Source of the DNA: Eledone cirrhosa
Taxonomy: Eukaryota
NCBI GenBank assembly: GCA_964016885.1
Contig: OZ024740.1
Span: 361,088,001 to 361,152,000 of the forward strand
DNA: 64,000 bases
Reading direction: 5' to 3'
Each line of letters begins with the position of its first letter. Position 1 is the stretch's first letter. The translations under genes were made by a program, and so were the position numbers. Under the pieces are notes generated by a model that saw only the letters and a program-made list of their open reading frames with translations, was not told the origin of the DNA and ran no database searches. Of this stretch, positions 13,700 through 27,150 are shown in pieces.

Positions 13700-14160
13700 C
13701 ACAATCACCATAATATTCATTTTATGTCTGCCTTCCATGTTGGTATTGGTTTGAATGGGTTTTAATGGTCTGAGACTAGATGGACCAGAAAAACTGCATC
13801 TTGCTCCTATGTTGGCATAGCTTCTATAACTGGATGTCCTTCCTAACACAAACAACTTTACAGTATACTGGGTGTCTTTTATTGCGGTACCAACATTACT
13901 ACTTTGCAGAGTGTACTGGGTGCATTTTTTTTTTTTTTTTTTTGTAGAACCAACACTAACACTTTACAAAATGTATTGGCTGCATTTTATTGTAACACTT
14001 TAAAGAGTAAAAACACTTTAAAGAGTGTACTGGGTACATTAAATCATGACACCAGCACTACCACTTTACAGAGTGTGGTGGGTGCTTTTTATCATGACAC
14101 TAGCACTACCACTTTACAGAGTGTACTGGGTGCATTTTATCATGATACCAACACTAACAT
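13700..14160 (-). repeat. RTE-derived 3' tail with 5-6 tandem ~45-bp modules
   Basis: Repeats of actttacagagtgtactgggtgc-tttt-atcatgacaccagcact, the reverse complement of the RTE 3' UTR module. Confidence 0.75.
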
Positions 14161-14783
14161 ATATAATGCCATTTCTCATTTGATTTTCAAGTAAAGATAC
14201 TAATCTTCACACATTTAACCACTGAGACACAGGACATATATCACTGTTTGCACTAGCAATAGCCAATGTGAAGCAAAGAGACAGACAAGCAAACATATAT
14301 ATATATATATATAATAGAATAGAATATATATACAATGGGCTTTGTATAATTTCAACCAAATTAATTCACAAGTCATAGGTCGGCTTGGGGCTATAGTGGA
14401 AGATACTTGCCTCAAGGTGCAATACAGTGGGATGTAACCTGAAACCATGTGGTTGCAAAATAAACTACATAACCACACAGCCAGGCATATTTAATCAAAA
14501 CCTTATAATGGGCAAACACACCCTCAACATATAGAATATAGCACTACTGTGCATTGCACACATAGTACATAGAATATTGTCAATACAATAAAAAAAATAC
14601 TAAAACAAAATATAGCACTGCATGTGTCCAAGGCATACAGCGCTGTGCTCAGTTGTCCAGTGAAAGCACTAGGTTTCTAACCTAGTGACAATTCTGAGGG
14701 AGGGGAAGTCAATTATATTGAATCCATTACCTCACCGGTACTTTAATGATGATGATGATGATGATGATGATAATAATAATAAT

Positions 14784-15345
14784 TGTTTTATTAACCACAA
14801 GGGTTTACATAAAGGAAAACATTAAGGATGATACAGGACAGTACAAATTGGGTTTATGTGTGTATAAAAGGAAACACAAGAATAACAAAAGATGTAACAA
14901 AAAAAGTAGAAACAAAAACAAATTCCACAATAGCGGGAGACCACCAAGGATTACTTGTGGAAAAAGCCCACAAAAGCCACGGTCACCCTGACCATTAGAG
15001 CAAGCGCCCTCTACCAGTTATCCCCCTTCAATACTACAGGCGCATGCTCAGAGTAGATCCATTCACATGGGTCATTCTTGCCTCTCTCACCCACCTTTCA
15101 ACAAACTGGCTGGAAAGCAACACTTCACCCCCCCCCCCCCCCCCTGATTTTCCTTTCCAGGTAAAACCTGAAAAAGTTAATCAGTGTCACCGAAGAGGAA
15201 AATTCCCATTTCCAACCCTTTCAGATGTGTCCACCATATGACCTCTCACAATTGCTACCAGGTAGATTAAAAACTGCCTGCCCTTCCTGGTTAAAGGAGA
15301 GTGGTGAGGCAATCTTCATGATGGACTCAGCTGATAGCCGGATCC
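14784..15345 (-). mobile_element. 5'-truncated, internally deleted Tx1 copy
   Basis: Reverse-complement similarity to 24590-25140 (ttattaaccacaagggtttacataaag); both flanks read (ATG)n(ATA)n, a probable TSD. Confidence 0.85.
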
Positions 15346-15376
15346 ATGATGATGATGATGATGATGATAATAATAT

Positions 15377-16432
15377 TCCACAAGAGGAGTGATGTCAATT
15401 GACTCTACTTAAAGAGATCTGAAGGTGGAAGAGGTCTTATCAGCATAGAGGACTGTGTTCAGATGGAGAAAAATAACCTGCACAAATATGTGACTGACAG
15501 TAGGGAGCCAATGCTCAAAATTGTACTGAAAGAGAAGACAATAGACCAGGGGATGTCCAAGGAGGAAGAGCAACCTTCATGAAAAATCCCTTCATTCTTT
15601 AAGAAAACGGAATTTAGAGATCCACAGACATGGAACTGGTTAAAAAGAGGAGACCTTAAAAAAGCTACAGAAGGAATGCTAATGGCTGCGCAAGAGCAAG
15701 CCCTCAGAACGAAGTGGGTGAAACACCATATTGACGAGGAGGAGGCTAGCCCACTGTGTAGGATCTGTGGAGAGAGAGAGGAGATTGTGGCTCACATTGT
15801 ATCCGAGTGTAAACACCTAGCCCAGACTCACTATAAAGGCTAGAGACATGATGTGATGGGCAGGGTGATCCACTGGCACCTATCCAAAGTAAACAATTTA
15901 CCACATTCTGAGAAGTGGTATGAGCATAAGCCAGAGTTGGTGATAGAAAACGATCAGGTGAAGGTGCTGTGGGATTTTAGGATACAGACGGACAAGAAAC
16001 TGGAACACAATAGACCTGACCTGGTGGTTTTGGACAAGGAAAAAAGATTGTGCCTGATTGTAGATGTAGCCTGCCCATTCGACACGAGAGTGCAAGAGAA
16101 GGAGAGGGAGAAAATTAACCGATACCAGGATTTAAAGTGGGAGTTAAAAAGGATTTGGAACTGCCATGAAATCAAGGTCGTCCCGATTGTCATAGGCGCA
16201 CTAGGTACTATCTCGAAGAATTTCCAAGGATGGTTAAAGAAGATTAGTCCAGCCCCGCTTTTTGGAACACTTCAAAAAGTATGCTTGCTGGGAACAGCAA
16301 GAACCCTCCAATACGTCCTGAATATCTGAGGCTGCAGGTAGCAGCTTGATATTCATTTCAACAAACTTTCCAGTTAAATAACATCAATGACTGAGACTCA
16401 AAGAACAATAATGATTATAATAATAATAATAA
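15377..16432 (+). mobile_element. R4/Dong-like non-LTR retrotransposon 3' fragment (CCHC + restriction-like endonuclease)
   Basis: LYLKRSEGGRGL, AAQEQALRT, CRIC...H...C, WDFRIQTD..HNRPD..VDVACP..EKINRYQDL..VPIVIGALG; ends in (TAA)n. Confidence 0.9.
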
Positions 16433-17268
16433 TAAAAAGAAGAAGCTGCTTTATATGGGTCAATAAAGTATGTACCAGTAATATACCAGTGTCAGTTATA
16501 AAAATTGTATATATGCCAAGTTAAAAACAAGAATGTAACAGTAATTATATTTCTCTTGGTGGAGATATTTGTTTCATGTTTATGTCATCTACACATTATT
16601 TAATGTTTTTGTTTTTTTTTTGTTTTTTACTTAAAAAAACAAAACAAAGAGACAAATTCAATCTCTTTTATTTATAATCCACCCTTCAAACATAATAGAG
16701 CAAAGAACATTAGTAGTAGCTTTCCTAGAAATCATATATTATTTTATGTACAAAAAATGAAGAGGGGAGAAAAGAAAAAAATGTCCAATATATTTTTATT
16801 TTACTTACATTTTGTGACAATTTTACATGATACATTTTCTCACTCATATTTCACCACTAACAGACATTTTGAATATTTTTTTTGTGTGATAATAAGGTGG
16901 TGGTGGTAGAGAAAGGGAGGGTAGGTAAAATATGGATGCCTGTAGGGACAATAAATTCATTCTTGTGATTTCACACTTCTTTATAGCTCACAGCTATTCA
17001 GATTTAACTGGCTGTCTATAAGGTTGTATCTCACATGAAGTTTATTAGGTGTTTCGATGATAGCCCACCTACCCTATAGTCCTATCGTGAATATCAATGT
17101 GAAATGAAGTGTCTTGCTCAAGAAAGTAATGCGCTATCTGGTCCAGGATTCAAACCCACAACCTTATGATAGTGAATCCAACACCCAAACTCTGAGGTTA
17201 CACAACTTCATTGCCTTGACAGGATTTTAGTTGATCATATTGACCCCAGTACTAATTTATTCCAGTTT

Positions 17269-17324
17269 TCACAGAACTTTGAAAAACCTAACTAAATAGA
17301 CATCTTGTTGAGTCAACTACCACC

Positions 17325-17359
<35 letters not shown>

Positions 17360-17808
17360 TATATATATATATATATATATATATATTTCCAGTTTTGTAC
17401 TTATTTTCTTCATCTCTTTTTGTTGAACTGCTAAGTTATGGGACATAAACAAAGCATAAACAAAAAAACAGACATGAACACATACAAAAGCACCAAAAAA
17501 TAAATGTAAAATGCTGATGATGATAATGACACACATAGACACACACACATACACACACACACAAACATATATATATATCATCATCATCATTGTTTAACGT
17601 CTAAAACGATGATGATGATGATATATATATATATATATGTGTGTGTGTGTCATTATCATCATCATCATCATCATCATTATCAGCATTTTACATTTATTTT
17701 TTGGTGCTTTTGTATGTGTACATGTCTGTTTTTTCGTTTATGCTTTGTTTATGTCCCATAACTTAGCAGTTCAACAAAAAGAGATGAATAAAATAAGTAC
17801 AAAACTGG

Positions 17809-17880
<72 letters not shown>

Positions 17881-17936
17881 GGTGGTAGTTGACTCAACAA
17901 GATGTCTATTTAGTTAGGTTTTTCAAAGTTCTGTGA
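17269..17936. repeat. ~670-bp near-perfect palindrome
   Basis: tcacagaactttgaaaaacc... mirrors ...ggtttttcaaagttctgtga; centre ~17600. Confidence 0.95.
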
Positions 17937-18194
17937 TTAGTAGTTCTTGGAGTAACCTGAGCTTAGGTAACCTTAAACAATATCTCATCTACTTTGATAT
18001 ATATATATATACCATCACTGTTAACCATCCATTTTCCATGCTTGCATAGGCTAGACCAGGCAGATGGCCATGTTTTGTGTATATGTTCCATTTTAGCATT
18101 AGTTTCTATCTGGATGCCCTTCCTAATTCCAATAACTTTACACCATGTACTCGGAACAATTTATTGTGTCACCAGTACTATATATATGTATGTG

Positions 18195-19105
18195 TGTGTA
18201 TATATACACTATAGATCTTGCCTGCAATCTGACCTGGACACAATGCAGCAATGGATCACGGACTGGCAACTCAAGCTGGCTGTGGACAAGTGTACCACCA
18301 TGCATTTTGCGAATAAAAACCCAGCGTCCACATACTCCCTCCACAATACTAATATCAAGAAGCCTTCTTGTGAACGTGACCTGGTCAGCAGCGATTTGCA
18401 TTGGACGAAGAACATCTCTAAAATTGTCAAGAAGGCCGAGGGTGTATTGGCCTCACTCAGGAAGACCTTTGTCAGCCATTCTTCAGCTATCTATCTAAAG
18501 CTGTATATAGCTATGGTGTGGCCACACTTAGAATTTACATCACCAGTCTGGAACCCCTATCTTGCTCAGAACATTGACTGTCTGGAAACTGTTCAGAGAC
18601 ATGCAACCAAGCGAATACCCTCCATCAGGCATCTACCATACTCTGAATGCCTTGCTTCCCTGGGCATGGATACATTGAAGCTCCGACGTCTGGCAACTGA
18701 CTTGGTAAACACCCACGAAATTATTAACCATCTTGCCAACAACTACCCTGAGTACCTTTTTGATTTCCATGTGTCTAACACACATGGGCATGCCAACAAA
18801 GTAGAAAACAGCACAGCTCCCATGACTTTCGGAAACATTTTTTCAGTTGCTGAAGCATGGAACAAACTACCTGCATCAGTTATTAGCTGTCGAGACACTG
18901 CATCCTTTAAAACCTCCATGCTTCCTGAGATTCGCCAACACTACACCTAATATTCCCCTTCCATACACACGCACACATGTATATCATGACTCATACACTA
19001 TTCACTTCTCTGACATTTGTATATTATTCTATGTACTATATATACACCTTTGATGAGTTGTAGTGCACCTGAGCACTATACACAATAATTTCCTTATTGT
19101 TATTT
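18195..19105 (+). mobile_element. CR1-group LINE 3' fragment
   Basis: LQSDLD..W..WQLKL..KC, LYIAMVWPHLEFTSPVWNPY, AWNKLP; 3' stem-loop agtgc-acctga-gcact and (TTA)n tail. Confidence 0.9.
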
Positions 19106-19340
19106 CATTATTATTATTATTATTGAATGCTATGGTTGACGGAGGCTCGGCTCTGTAAGGTATTGTAAATTTTGAACGCTATAACAATTGTAAATTGTTT
19201 AAAACTTTAACAAACTTGTAGACAAAAACACCCTCCTCCTCGTGAGAGCCGTCTTTCTGCCCGTTATTTGGCCCTTCGGGGTTAAATAACTGCTTATTGG
19301 GGTTTTGTGTCCAATATTTATTTTAAACAAAAAAAACAAC

Positions 19341-21476
19341 ATGGCTACGAAAAAGAATTTTCATAGGTCACTCCCACTCATTCCGTCTTCTTCTTCCTCA
19401 ATCATCACTACAGCAGAGAGAAGATTGTCTCTCTCCCTCCCTTCTTTAAATGTGTCTCTCTCTCTCCCTTCTCTTTCGCAAGCGACGACAGAAAAGAAAA
19501 GTCTCGTGCAAAGCGTGCAAGATTTCTCCACGACAACGACGAAACAGGTGTGCGGGAAATACGAAAACCCATTTCATTCGTCTGACGTCAGGAATAATAG
19601 CAGTAGCAGCCGTAATAATAACAGCAACAGTGACAATGAAAACAACAGTAGCAGCCGCAACAGCATCACCAGCAGCATAAACAACAACAGCATTAGCAGC
19701 AGCAACACCAACAACAACCACAGCAACAGCGGCGGAGGCAGTAGTCGTAGTACCTGCAGCAACAACAAAAGTAACAGCAGCTCTGACGACAACAACAACA
19801 ACAGCAGCAAAGAAAAACCAATCTCGTTTGCAGGTATCGCGAAGAACCTGGAAACAATCCTCATAACAAATGAGGAATTAGAGGAAGCGAAGAAGATGGT
19901 GACAAATACTGGACACCGAGCAGTCTGCAAGGCAGCGGAAAAATTTTTCGAAACCCAACAGTACTGTACGGTCACGTACCGTACAGTAAGTACAAAATCC
20001 CGTAGGGTTGAAAGAGCCACAGAGGCTCAAATACAAAAAGCCTTGGGGTCTGTGTGGCAGCGGAAAACGCACATCACCCGAGGCAAAAAATATGCCACCG
20101 TAGACGTACTTTTTGCCACACCCCAGGAGGCAAAGGCTCAATCCGTAGTGACCCTAAGGAGCGAGGAAATGGTGTTGGTGCCCTCCTACTGCGGGCAAAA
20201 AATTGTGAGGGTCAAACTGACCCACGTCCCCCCCCCCCCCCCGGGATGGCCCCTTCTTGGCTGGCCGCGTCTGTCCACGTCGGAATCGAGGACAAAACAA
20301 CTGTACTGCAAGTACAGAAAAAAGTAAGAGAAGATTGGGTCGGCACCTCCATTGAGATGTTAATCCAAACCAACCAGGAGTGCATCGAAGCTATCCCGGA
20401 TGTGATAGACTTCGATAACGGCACTCAACTGCCCATAAGTGTTGAGGGCAAACGCCCGAAATGCTTTCGCTGTGGATCGAAGACTCACCTCAGGGCCTTC
20501 TGCAACGAGAAGACCCTGAGAAAGGAGACCCCCCCCCCCCCTCCTTCCGAAACCGGCTCCACGGCTACCAACAGGACAAGCGGCAACCAGGAACGATAGG
20601 TCCGTGGCACCCATACCCACGCCACGGAAATCAAAAACAGCAGCAGCAGTGGATATATTAACAACAACAACAGCAATACCAAATGTAGCTGCAACAGAGA
20701 CTCCAGTGCAAACATCACCAACAACAACAAGTGAAAGAGTGGAGCTGGTACCCCTCCCCGACCCCACAGAATCAGACATGGAGTGTGAGGTGGGAGAGGG
20801 ATGGCAAAAGGTCGTAAGAAGGCACAAACGCAGAAGCAGCGCATCGTCGCCTTTGAAAAGGGAGGAAAGAAATGAGAAAAGGGTAAAGTCTACTGCAAAG
20901 ATACTCACAGCAGCAACACCACCAACACCATCACCACCCACACTAGCACCACCATCACCACCGGCGACAACCCCACCGCCAACAACACCTTCAACACCAC
21001 CACCACAAGCACCAACATCGCAAACACAACAAAACACACACACCCAGCAACAACGACAAGAAAATAGCAGAACCATACCCCACCCCCAGAAAAACAAATG
21101 CACGGCAATAAATACACACAACAAGAAACTAATGACTTACATAATTGAACACACAGACATTTCACAACACGACTACATAATACCAGCACCAATCAAAACA
21201 CCAACTAACATAAGACTGCTAAAAATAGCACAGAAACAATACACAAACATTAAAACGAAATTCCCCAACGCAGTTGGTGATTTCAGGGACCTAGGAGGAA
21301 CTATCAATCGAAGAGTATATTCGGACATACTCATAGAAGAGCCGACGACCAGCCGAAGGGACGATTCAATGGTCCCTTCACCAGACGATCAAGTGAAAAG
21401 GGATGTAAAAAACCATCCCTCCTCTACGAAAAGTACGGTAAGTGGTCTTTCCCATCTTTTCCACTCTATTTTAAAC
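19341..21476 (+). pseudogene. Tx1 ORF1 (gag-like), two mutually compensating frameshifts in poly-C runs
   Basis: Asn/Ser-rich N-terminus, RRM-like region, CFRCGSKTHLRAFC knuckle, Pro/Thr-rich tail; frame changes inferred at C-runs ~20228-20242 and ~20529-20541. Confidence 0.8.
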
Positions 21477-24400
21477 ATGACCTCACTCAGAATAGGCAGT
21501 ATAAATGCGCGCGGCTTGGGGTCGTCATGGAAGCAGGGTCACCTACTCAACGACCTCAGGTCACTAAACATAGATGTAGTGGCTATCAGCGAGACCAGAA
21601 TCTCCGAAGCACGGGCCTTCGCACCGATCTTCGGCGGCTACGATATGTACGCATCTCCCAGCCGTCCTGGATCGAGGGGAGGAGTTGCTGTGCTTTTTCG
21701 GAGAGGTTTGGATCTCGCCATACGGGCCGTCTTCCTGGACCCAGAGGGTAAGCTGGTGGTGCTGGACGTGACCAGCGGAGACGGGCAAGCTTTCAGGCTA
21801 GTGGCCGTCTATGCCCCGACAGGAGCAGGGCGGCCTGATTTCTTCCGGCGTCTGGAGACCTTTCTTGGAACGTCCCGCTCTTTAGTGTTAGTGGGCGACT
21901 GGAACGGGATCTTAGATGCATGCTGGGACTGTGTGGGTTTAGCAGATAGGGGTGGAGGGTGCAAGAGCCTCACCAACCTGCTCAGGCGTTTTGAACTGTC
22001 TGACAGGTACCGATTGGATTTCCCGAATGTGCCAATGTGGACTTGGACAAATCGTATAGGGTCATCCAGATCATATCTAGATAGAGTATTTTGTAGGGAA
22101 ATAGATAGGTCTAGCATAGGCTGTCCACAATTCAAGATAGTCAGCTACACGGACCACAAATTCGTGATCTGTGTGCTTGACTTAGATAGGCTTCATAGAC
22201 GAGGACCCGGCTACTGGAAGCTAAACGCGTCCTTACCAGCGCGCAAGGCCTACAGAGACCGGATTAGCGAACTAGTTAAGCGGGCGTTGACGGGGGCCAT
22301 CGTCAACAACAAGTGGTGGTTTGCTCTGAAAAGAGCGATTAGAATAGAATCCATTAGGTTTAGTAAGGCTTTAGCAATAGAGAAAAATAGAGCAGAGGGA
22401 GAACTAGTTAGAAAATTAGACGAGGCGCTTAGCAAAGGCATTGCGACCGACGTGCTTGCGGCGAAATTGGCCCTTGACCAATTCTTCAATGCAAAGCACG
22501 AAGGCTGCGTTGTCAGAGCAAGGGTGCGTGCTCTCAGACACGAGGGGACGAAAGCCGTTCAATGGGCCCGAGTGGCGGAGTCGCGTCGTGGCAACAAAGC
22601 CACAATCCGGTCTTTGGTGGACCACGACGGGCGCATGCTACTCGATCCCGGGCAAATGTGTGAAGCTTTTCAGCGACACTTCGCTCAGCTGTTCAGGGGC
22701 AGCGGTGGGCCGGGTCGAGGGATGGACTTTAGTGTCTACCTCGACGGACTGCCGCGGCTCTCGGCCACTGAGGCGAAGTGTTGCGAAAAGCCGATAACAG
22801 CCGCTGAAGTAAGGGAGGCAATGACTGGCTGCACAAGGGGTAAATCGCCTGGTTTGGATGGTCTGCCCTCTGAACTTTACGTACAGATGCCAGACTTGTT
22901 CGGAGGCCTCTTGGCAGACGTCTACTGCAACTGGCAACAGAACGGGAGAATTCCCAGTTCTGTGAGCCGAGGAGCGGTGGCACTGCTGAGAAAGGATCCG
23001 AACAAGGGGGATAACATAGATAATTTCCGGCCCATAACTCTGCTAAACACAGAGTTCAAGATTTTGGCCAAGGTGCTAGCAAAGAGGTTGGCGCTTGTCG
23101 TTGGTGGTCTGGTGGGAGAGGCGCAGACATGCGTCATTCCCGACAGATCCATCCACGACAACCTCCACCTCATGTGATACATCGTAGAGAGGGTAGCTAG
23201 GGAACCTGGCACGGGTGGGTCCTTGATCAATTTAGATCAGTCGAAAGCTTTCGATAGGGTCGACCATCGTTACCTAGTGGCAGTCCTGAGGGCGGCTGGC
23301 TTTGGGCCCGTCTTCAGAGGCTGGATCGCTGCCATGCACAGCGACATCTGCTCTGTGGTGAGAGTGAACGGTCACCTGTCGGAACCGTTCAACATCATGC
23401 GCTCGGTCCGCCAAGGATGTCCCCTCTCGTCCCTCTTGTACGTATTGACTCTCGAACCATTACTGCACAAACTGGAGACGCTGAGGGGCGTCCCACGCGA
23501 ACTAGGATGCGGAAGATCCGTGTCAGCATATGCGGACGATGTCACCGTAGTGGTGTCGAACGCCAAACACATCAAGGCGATCGGCACTACACTAAGAGAA
23601 TACGAAGCGGTGACAGGAGCAATGATCAACCAGGAAAAGTCAGTGGGCCTGCAGCTCGGCACCTGGAGAGGCAGGTCCATGCCGTCCAACAGCGTCGTCG
23701 GACGCTGGACGGACGGACCAGTTAAATTGCTAGGGGTCTGGTTCGGTCCGGACCTCCAGACGGACAAAAACTAGGACGAGGTGACGAGCAGGGTGGCTTC
23801 TCTCACCCAGAAATGGGCGGAGAGGAAGCTATCCCTGAAAGGTCGAGCGGAGGTGGCTAACGCGTACATCGCGTCTGTCATCTGCTACCGCCTGACCGTC
23901 GTACCTCGTCCTAAGCCTCGCCTGACTGCGCTGGAGCGTTTGCTCTTTCGCTTTTTGTGGAAGGGACGCGCTCCGATGGTCAGGCGGTCCATCTGTTGTC
24001 AACACCCGCTACGTGGAGGGCTGGGCATGCCGTGGCTGATGATGTGCAGGCACACGCTCAGGCTACGACATCTCCACCTCTTCCTCGACGGTGATCAGGT
24101 GTGGTCGCCGTTTGCTAGACACGTATTTCCCCAGCTCGTTTCCTTGACGGAGCTGCAGTCCTGGGTCAAGCGAAGACCGAGAGGGAGCGCCTGGAGACTG
24201 GAATGTCTTCAGGCGCTCACAGCCCTCGACCAATCGGGCAATGTGATCGGTGGAAACTCCACCTCGGCGTTCTATAGAGGATTAGTGGAGGGGAAGAGCG
24301 ACGACGTACTTGGGGAAACTCTAGGCGTCGACGAAAATCAACTAGCCAATCTCTTCGGAAGAACTTTCGGGCCAGGGCCTATGGACAACTTCCAGAAATC

Positions 24401-24881
24401 TCTGGCCTGGCAGTGCTACCGAGGAGCCTTGCCAGTTCGGGATAAACTCTACAGGCATAGAGGTGCCGTCAGCCGGGCATGTCCGAGATGCGCGCAGGGC
24501 GACGAAACCGTCCTGCACGCACTCGTCCAGTGTCCGAAAATTGCTGACTTGTGGGTTTATGTCGAACACCTGCTGTCGCGTTTAGGACGGATCCGGCTAT
24601 CATCTGAGTCCATCGTGAGGATTGCCCCGCCCTCCTCCTTTAGCCGGGAAGGGCAGGCAGTTTTTATCTGTCTGGTGGCCATGGCGAAAGAGATAGTATG
24701 GTGGACACGTTTGAAAGGGCTGAAGACGAACACTTACCTCTTCGGTGATGCTCTGATTGACTTTTTCAAATTTCATTTGAAAAGGAAAATCAGAGTAGAG
24801 AGGGAAGTGCTCTCTTCCCAGCATTTTGTTGAAAGATGGGTGAGAGCAGCAAGAATGGCCCGAGTGAATGGCCTACTCTGA
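21477..24881 (+). pseudogene. Tx1 ORF2 (APE endonuclease-RT-zinc finger), two in-frame stops
   Basis: SINARGL, ISET, VYAP, GDWN, YLDR, TDH; KSPGLDG, FRPITLLN, KAFDRV, VRQGCPLS, AYADD; CPRC..ETVLH..C. Stops at 23175 (TGA) and 23772 (TAG), all in one frame. Confidence 0.95.
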
Positions 24882-25143
24882 GTATATATCTGTAAATTAA
24901 AGGTGGAAAACTGGGAGAGGGCACTTGCCTTGGTGGTCAGGGTCATTGTGGCCTTTTACTGGGCTTTCTCCACAAATGTCCCTCCGAAGTCTCCCCCCTA
25001 TTGGGGAATTTTTCATTGTTATTTTTTGTTACATCCTCTGTTTTTGTTTTTTACACGCAGAAATGCCCATTTGTACCGTCCTGTATTGTCCAGCACTGTC
25101 CTTAATGTCTACTTTATGTAAACCCTTGTGGTTAATAAAGAAA

Positions 25144-25187
<44 letters not shown>

Positions 25188-25224
25188 TCACCCTGGTATT
25201 GGATTTCTATCTGGACTCTAGTTA

Positions 25225-26070
25225 ATCTTCCATTTGGTGTTGCGAAAGTACAGTAGCCAGAGTAAGAACAGGATGGAGAAAGTTCAGAGAGCTGCTACTA
25301 GCTACAAAAAGTTTTTCCCTTAAAATGAAGGGCAGATTGTACAATGCATGTATACGATCAGCAAGGTTACATGGTAGTGAGACCTGGGCTCTGTGTGCAG
25401 AGGACCTGGGAAGATTGGAAAGAAATGAAGCATACATGCTCCAATGGATATGTAATAGTAATATATGCGAACGGCAAAGCATAAAATCAAGTGAGAATGA
25501 AACTGGGCATAAGAGGGATCAGATGCAGTGTGCAGGAGAGGAGATTGCATTGGTATGGACATATGAGACATATGAAGGACAACAGCTATATATAAAGGTG
25601 CAGAGTGCTCAAAGTTGATGGAAGCTATGGAGTAGGAAGACTTGGGATGAGGTGATAAAAACTGACCTTGCACAATTACACCTCTCAAAGGCGATGACAC
25701 AGGACTGAAATCTCTGATGTTATGCAGTATTACAGAAGACCCGCCTTCCCTTGTACACAGGTTAAAACATACATCTAGTATGCACCTTCACCTCCCATGT
25801 CCTAACACCTCACACTCATCCTAACACTCCATCCCTCACTCACGTCTCTAGATCTACCACCCAATCCCCACCCAAGACCCAAGCTCATACTGTAAAGTGG
25901 TTGTGTTGGTGACATGGAAAAAAGCACCCAGCCTACACTGTAAATTTGGTTGGTGTTAGGAAGGACATCCAGCCGTAGAAACCAAACCAGAAAAAGTTCT
26001 GTATAAGACATGGTCACCTAGTCTGACTTGTCTCCCAATTAACAACTCATCTAACCAATTTTAGCAATGA
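25225..26070 (+). mobile_element. RTE 3' fragment
   Basis: KGRLYNACIRSA.LHGSETW; 3' UTR motif ggttggtgttaggaagg.catcc. Confidence 0.85.
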
Positions 26071-26097
26071 TGTGTATACACACACACACACACACAT

Positions 26098-26174
<77 letters not shown>

Positions 26175-26639
26175 CTGGAACATGCTAGATGGTGCTATGC
26201 CATCAGTTTTCATCAAACCAAAGTTATAGCAGACTTGCCCAAGGTGCCACACTGTGGGACTAAACCCCAAACCATGTGGTTGTGAAATGAACTCCCAAAC
26301 CACAGCCATACTTATGATCTACTTCTTTGGCAACATATGTCAGTAGAAATTAGGACTATATCTCCTTCCATCTCCTGTCCTACTTAAACTTCATAATATA
26401 CCCACACTTTCTTCTAAATATATGCATCAACTGTAACCATATACTGCATGCTTGTTTTATGTTGGGGTGGGTTTGCTGTTTTGTTTTTTTTTACTTAGTA
26501 AATTAATGTTTTACAACCATTCTATATTTATGTGTTTATATATGTGTGTATATATTCATGTTATGATGGTAGAATATTGTTAGTATGTGTGTATGTATGT
26601 GTGTATGCATGTATATACATGCATATGTATGTTCTTCTT

Positions 26640-27150
26640 GTTATATTATATTATACATTTTCACCAATAGAGAAGAATTTAGACATCAACTGGGTAAATA
26701 TGTATGTCTGTATGTGTTTGTGTATGTGCACGTATGGATGTTATTTCATGTGTGGATTGTATGTTTTGAGTTATATGTGTTATAGTGAATGTTTATGTAT
26801 CTATACATGTTATTATATGCACAATTTCTTAAATGTTTTACATATTTCTACAGTTCCATTAATGGTCTGTGCTTGCAGCTTCCTAACTAGCCGTGTTCTT
26901 TCTGGTTCTGTTAAGTCCAGCTTCTCAATATTTGTACTGAGGCAGTTAGTAACATATCCCAAAGCCCAATGATCACAGATACAAATCTAAAGGTATAGTC
27001 AGGGTGGAGTATCTGCAGATTCCTCATTAGTTCTGCATAAATGTTCTCCTTTTTGCTAATCTTTAGCATTACATCAACATCTGCTGGACAGCTGATTTCC
27101 ACTACTGTGCATGCCTTCTTTTCCCCGTAAATAGTTATTTTTCCAACGTT
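26640..27150 (-). mobile_element. R4-like RLE 3' fragment
   Basis: VVEISCPAD..KENIYAEL..VIIG; homologous to 32330-32870. Confidence 0.75.

Larger units (their letters stand above)
19124..25143 (+). mobile_element. Full-length Tx1/L1-clade LINE
   Basis: 5' UTR, ORF1 with CCHC knuckle, APE-RT-Zn finger, AATAAA at 25134; probable TSD tcattattattattattatt on both flanks. Confidence 0.95.

Noticed and set aside
19446-24824. Antisense ORFs over the Tx1 element
   Set aside because: Shadow ORFs of GC-rich or low-complexity coding sequence.
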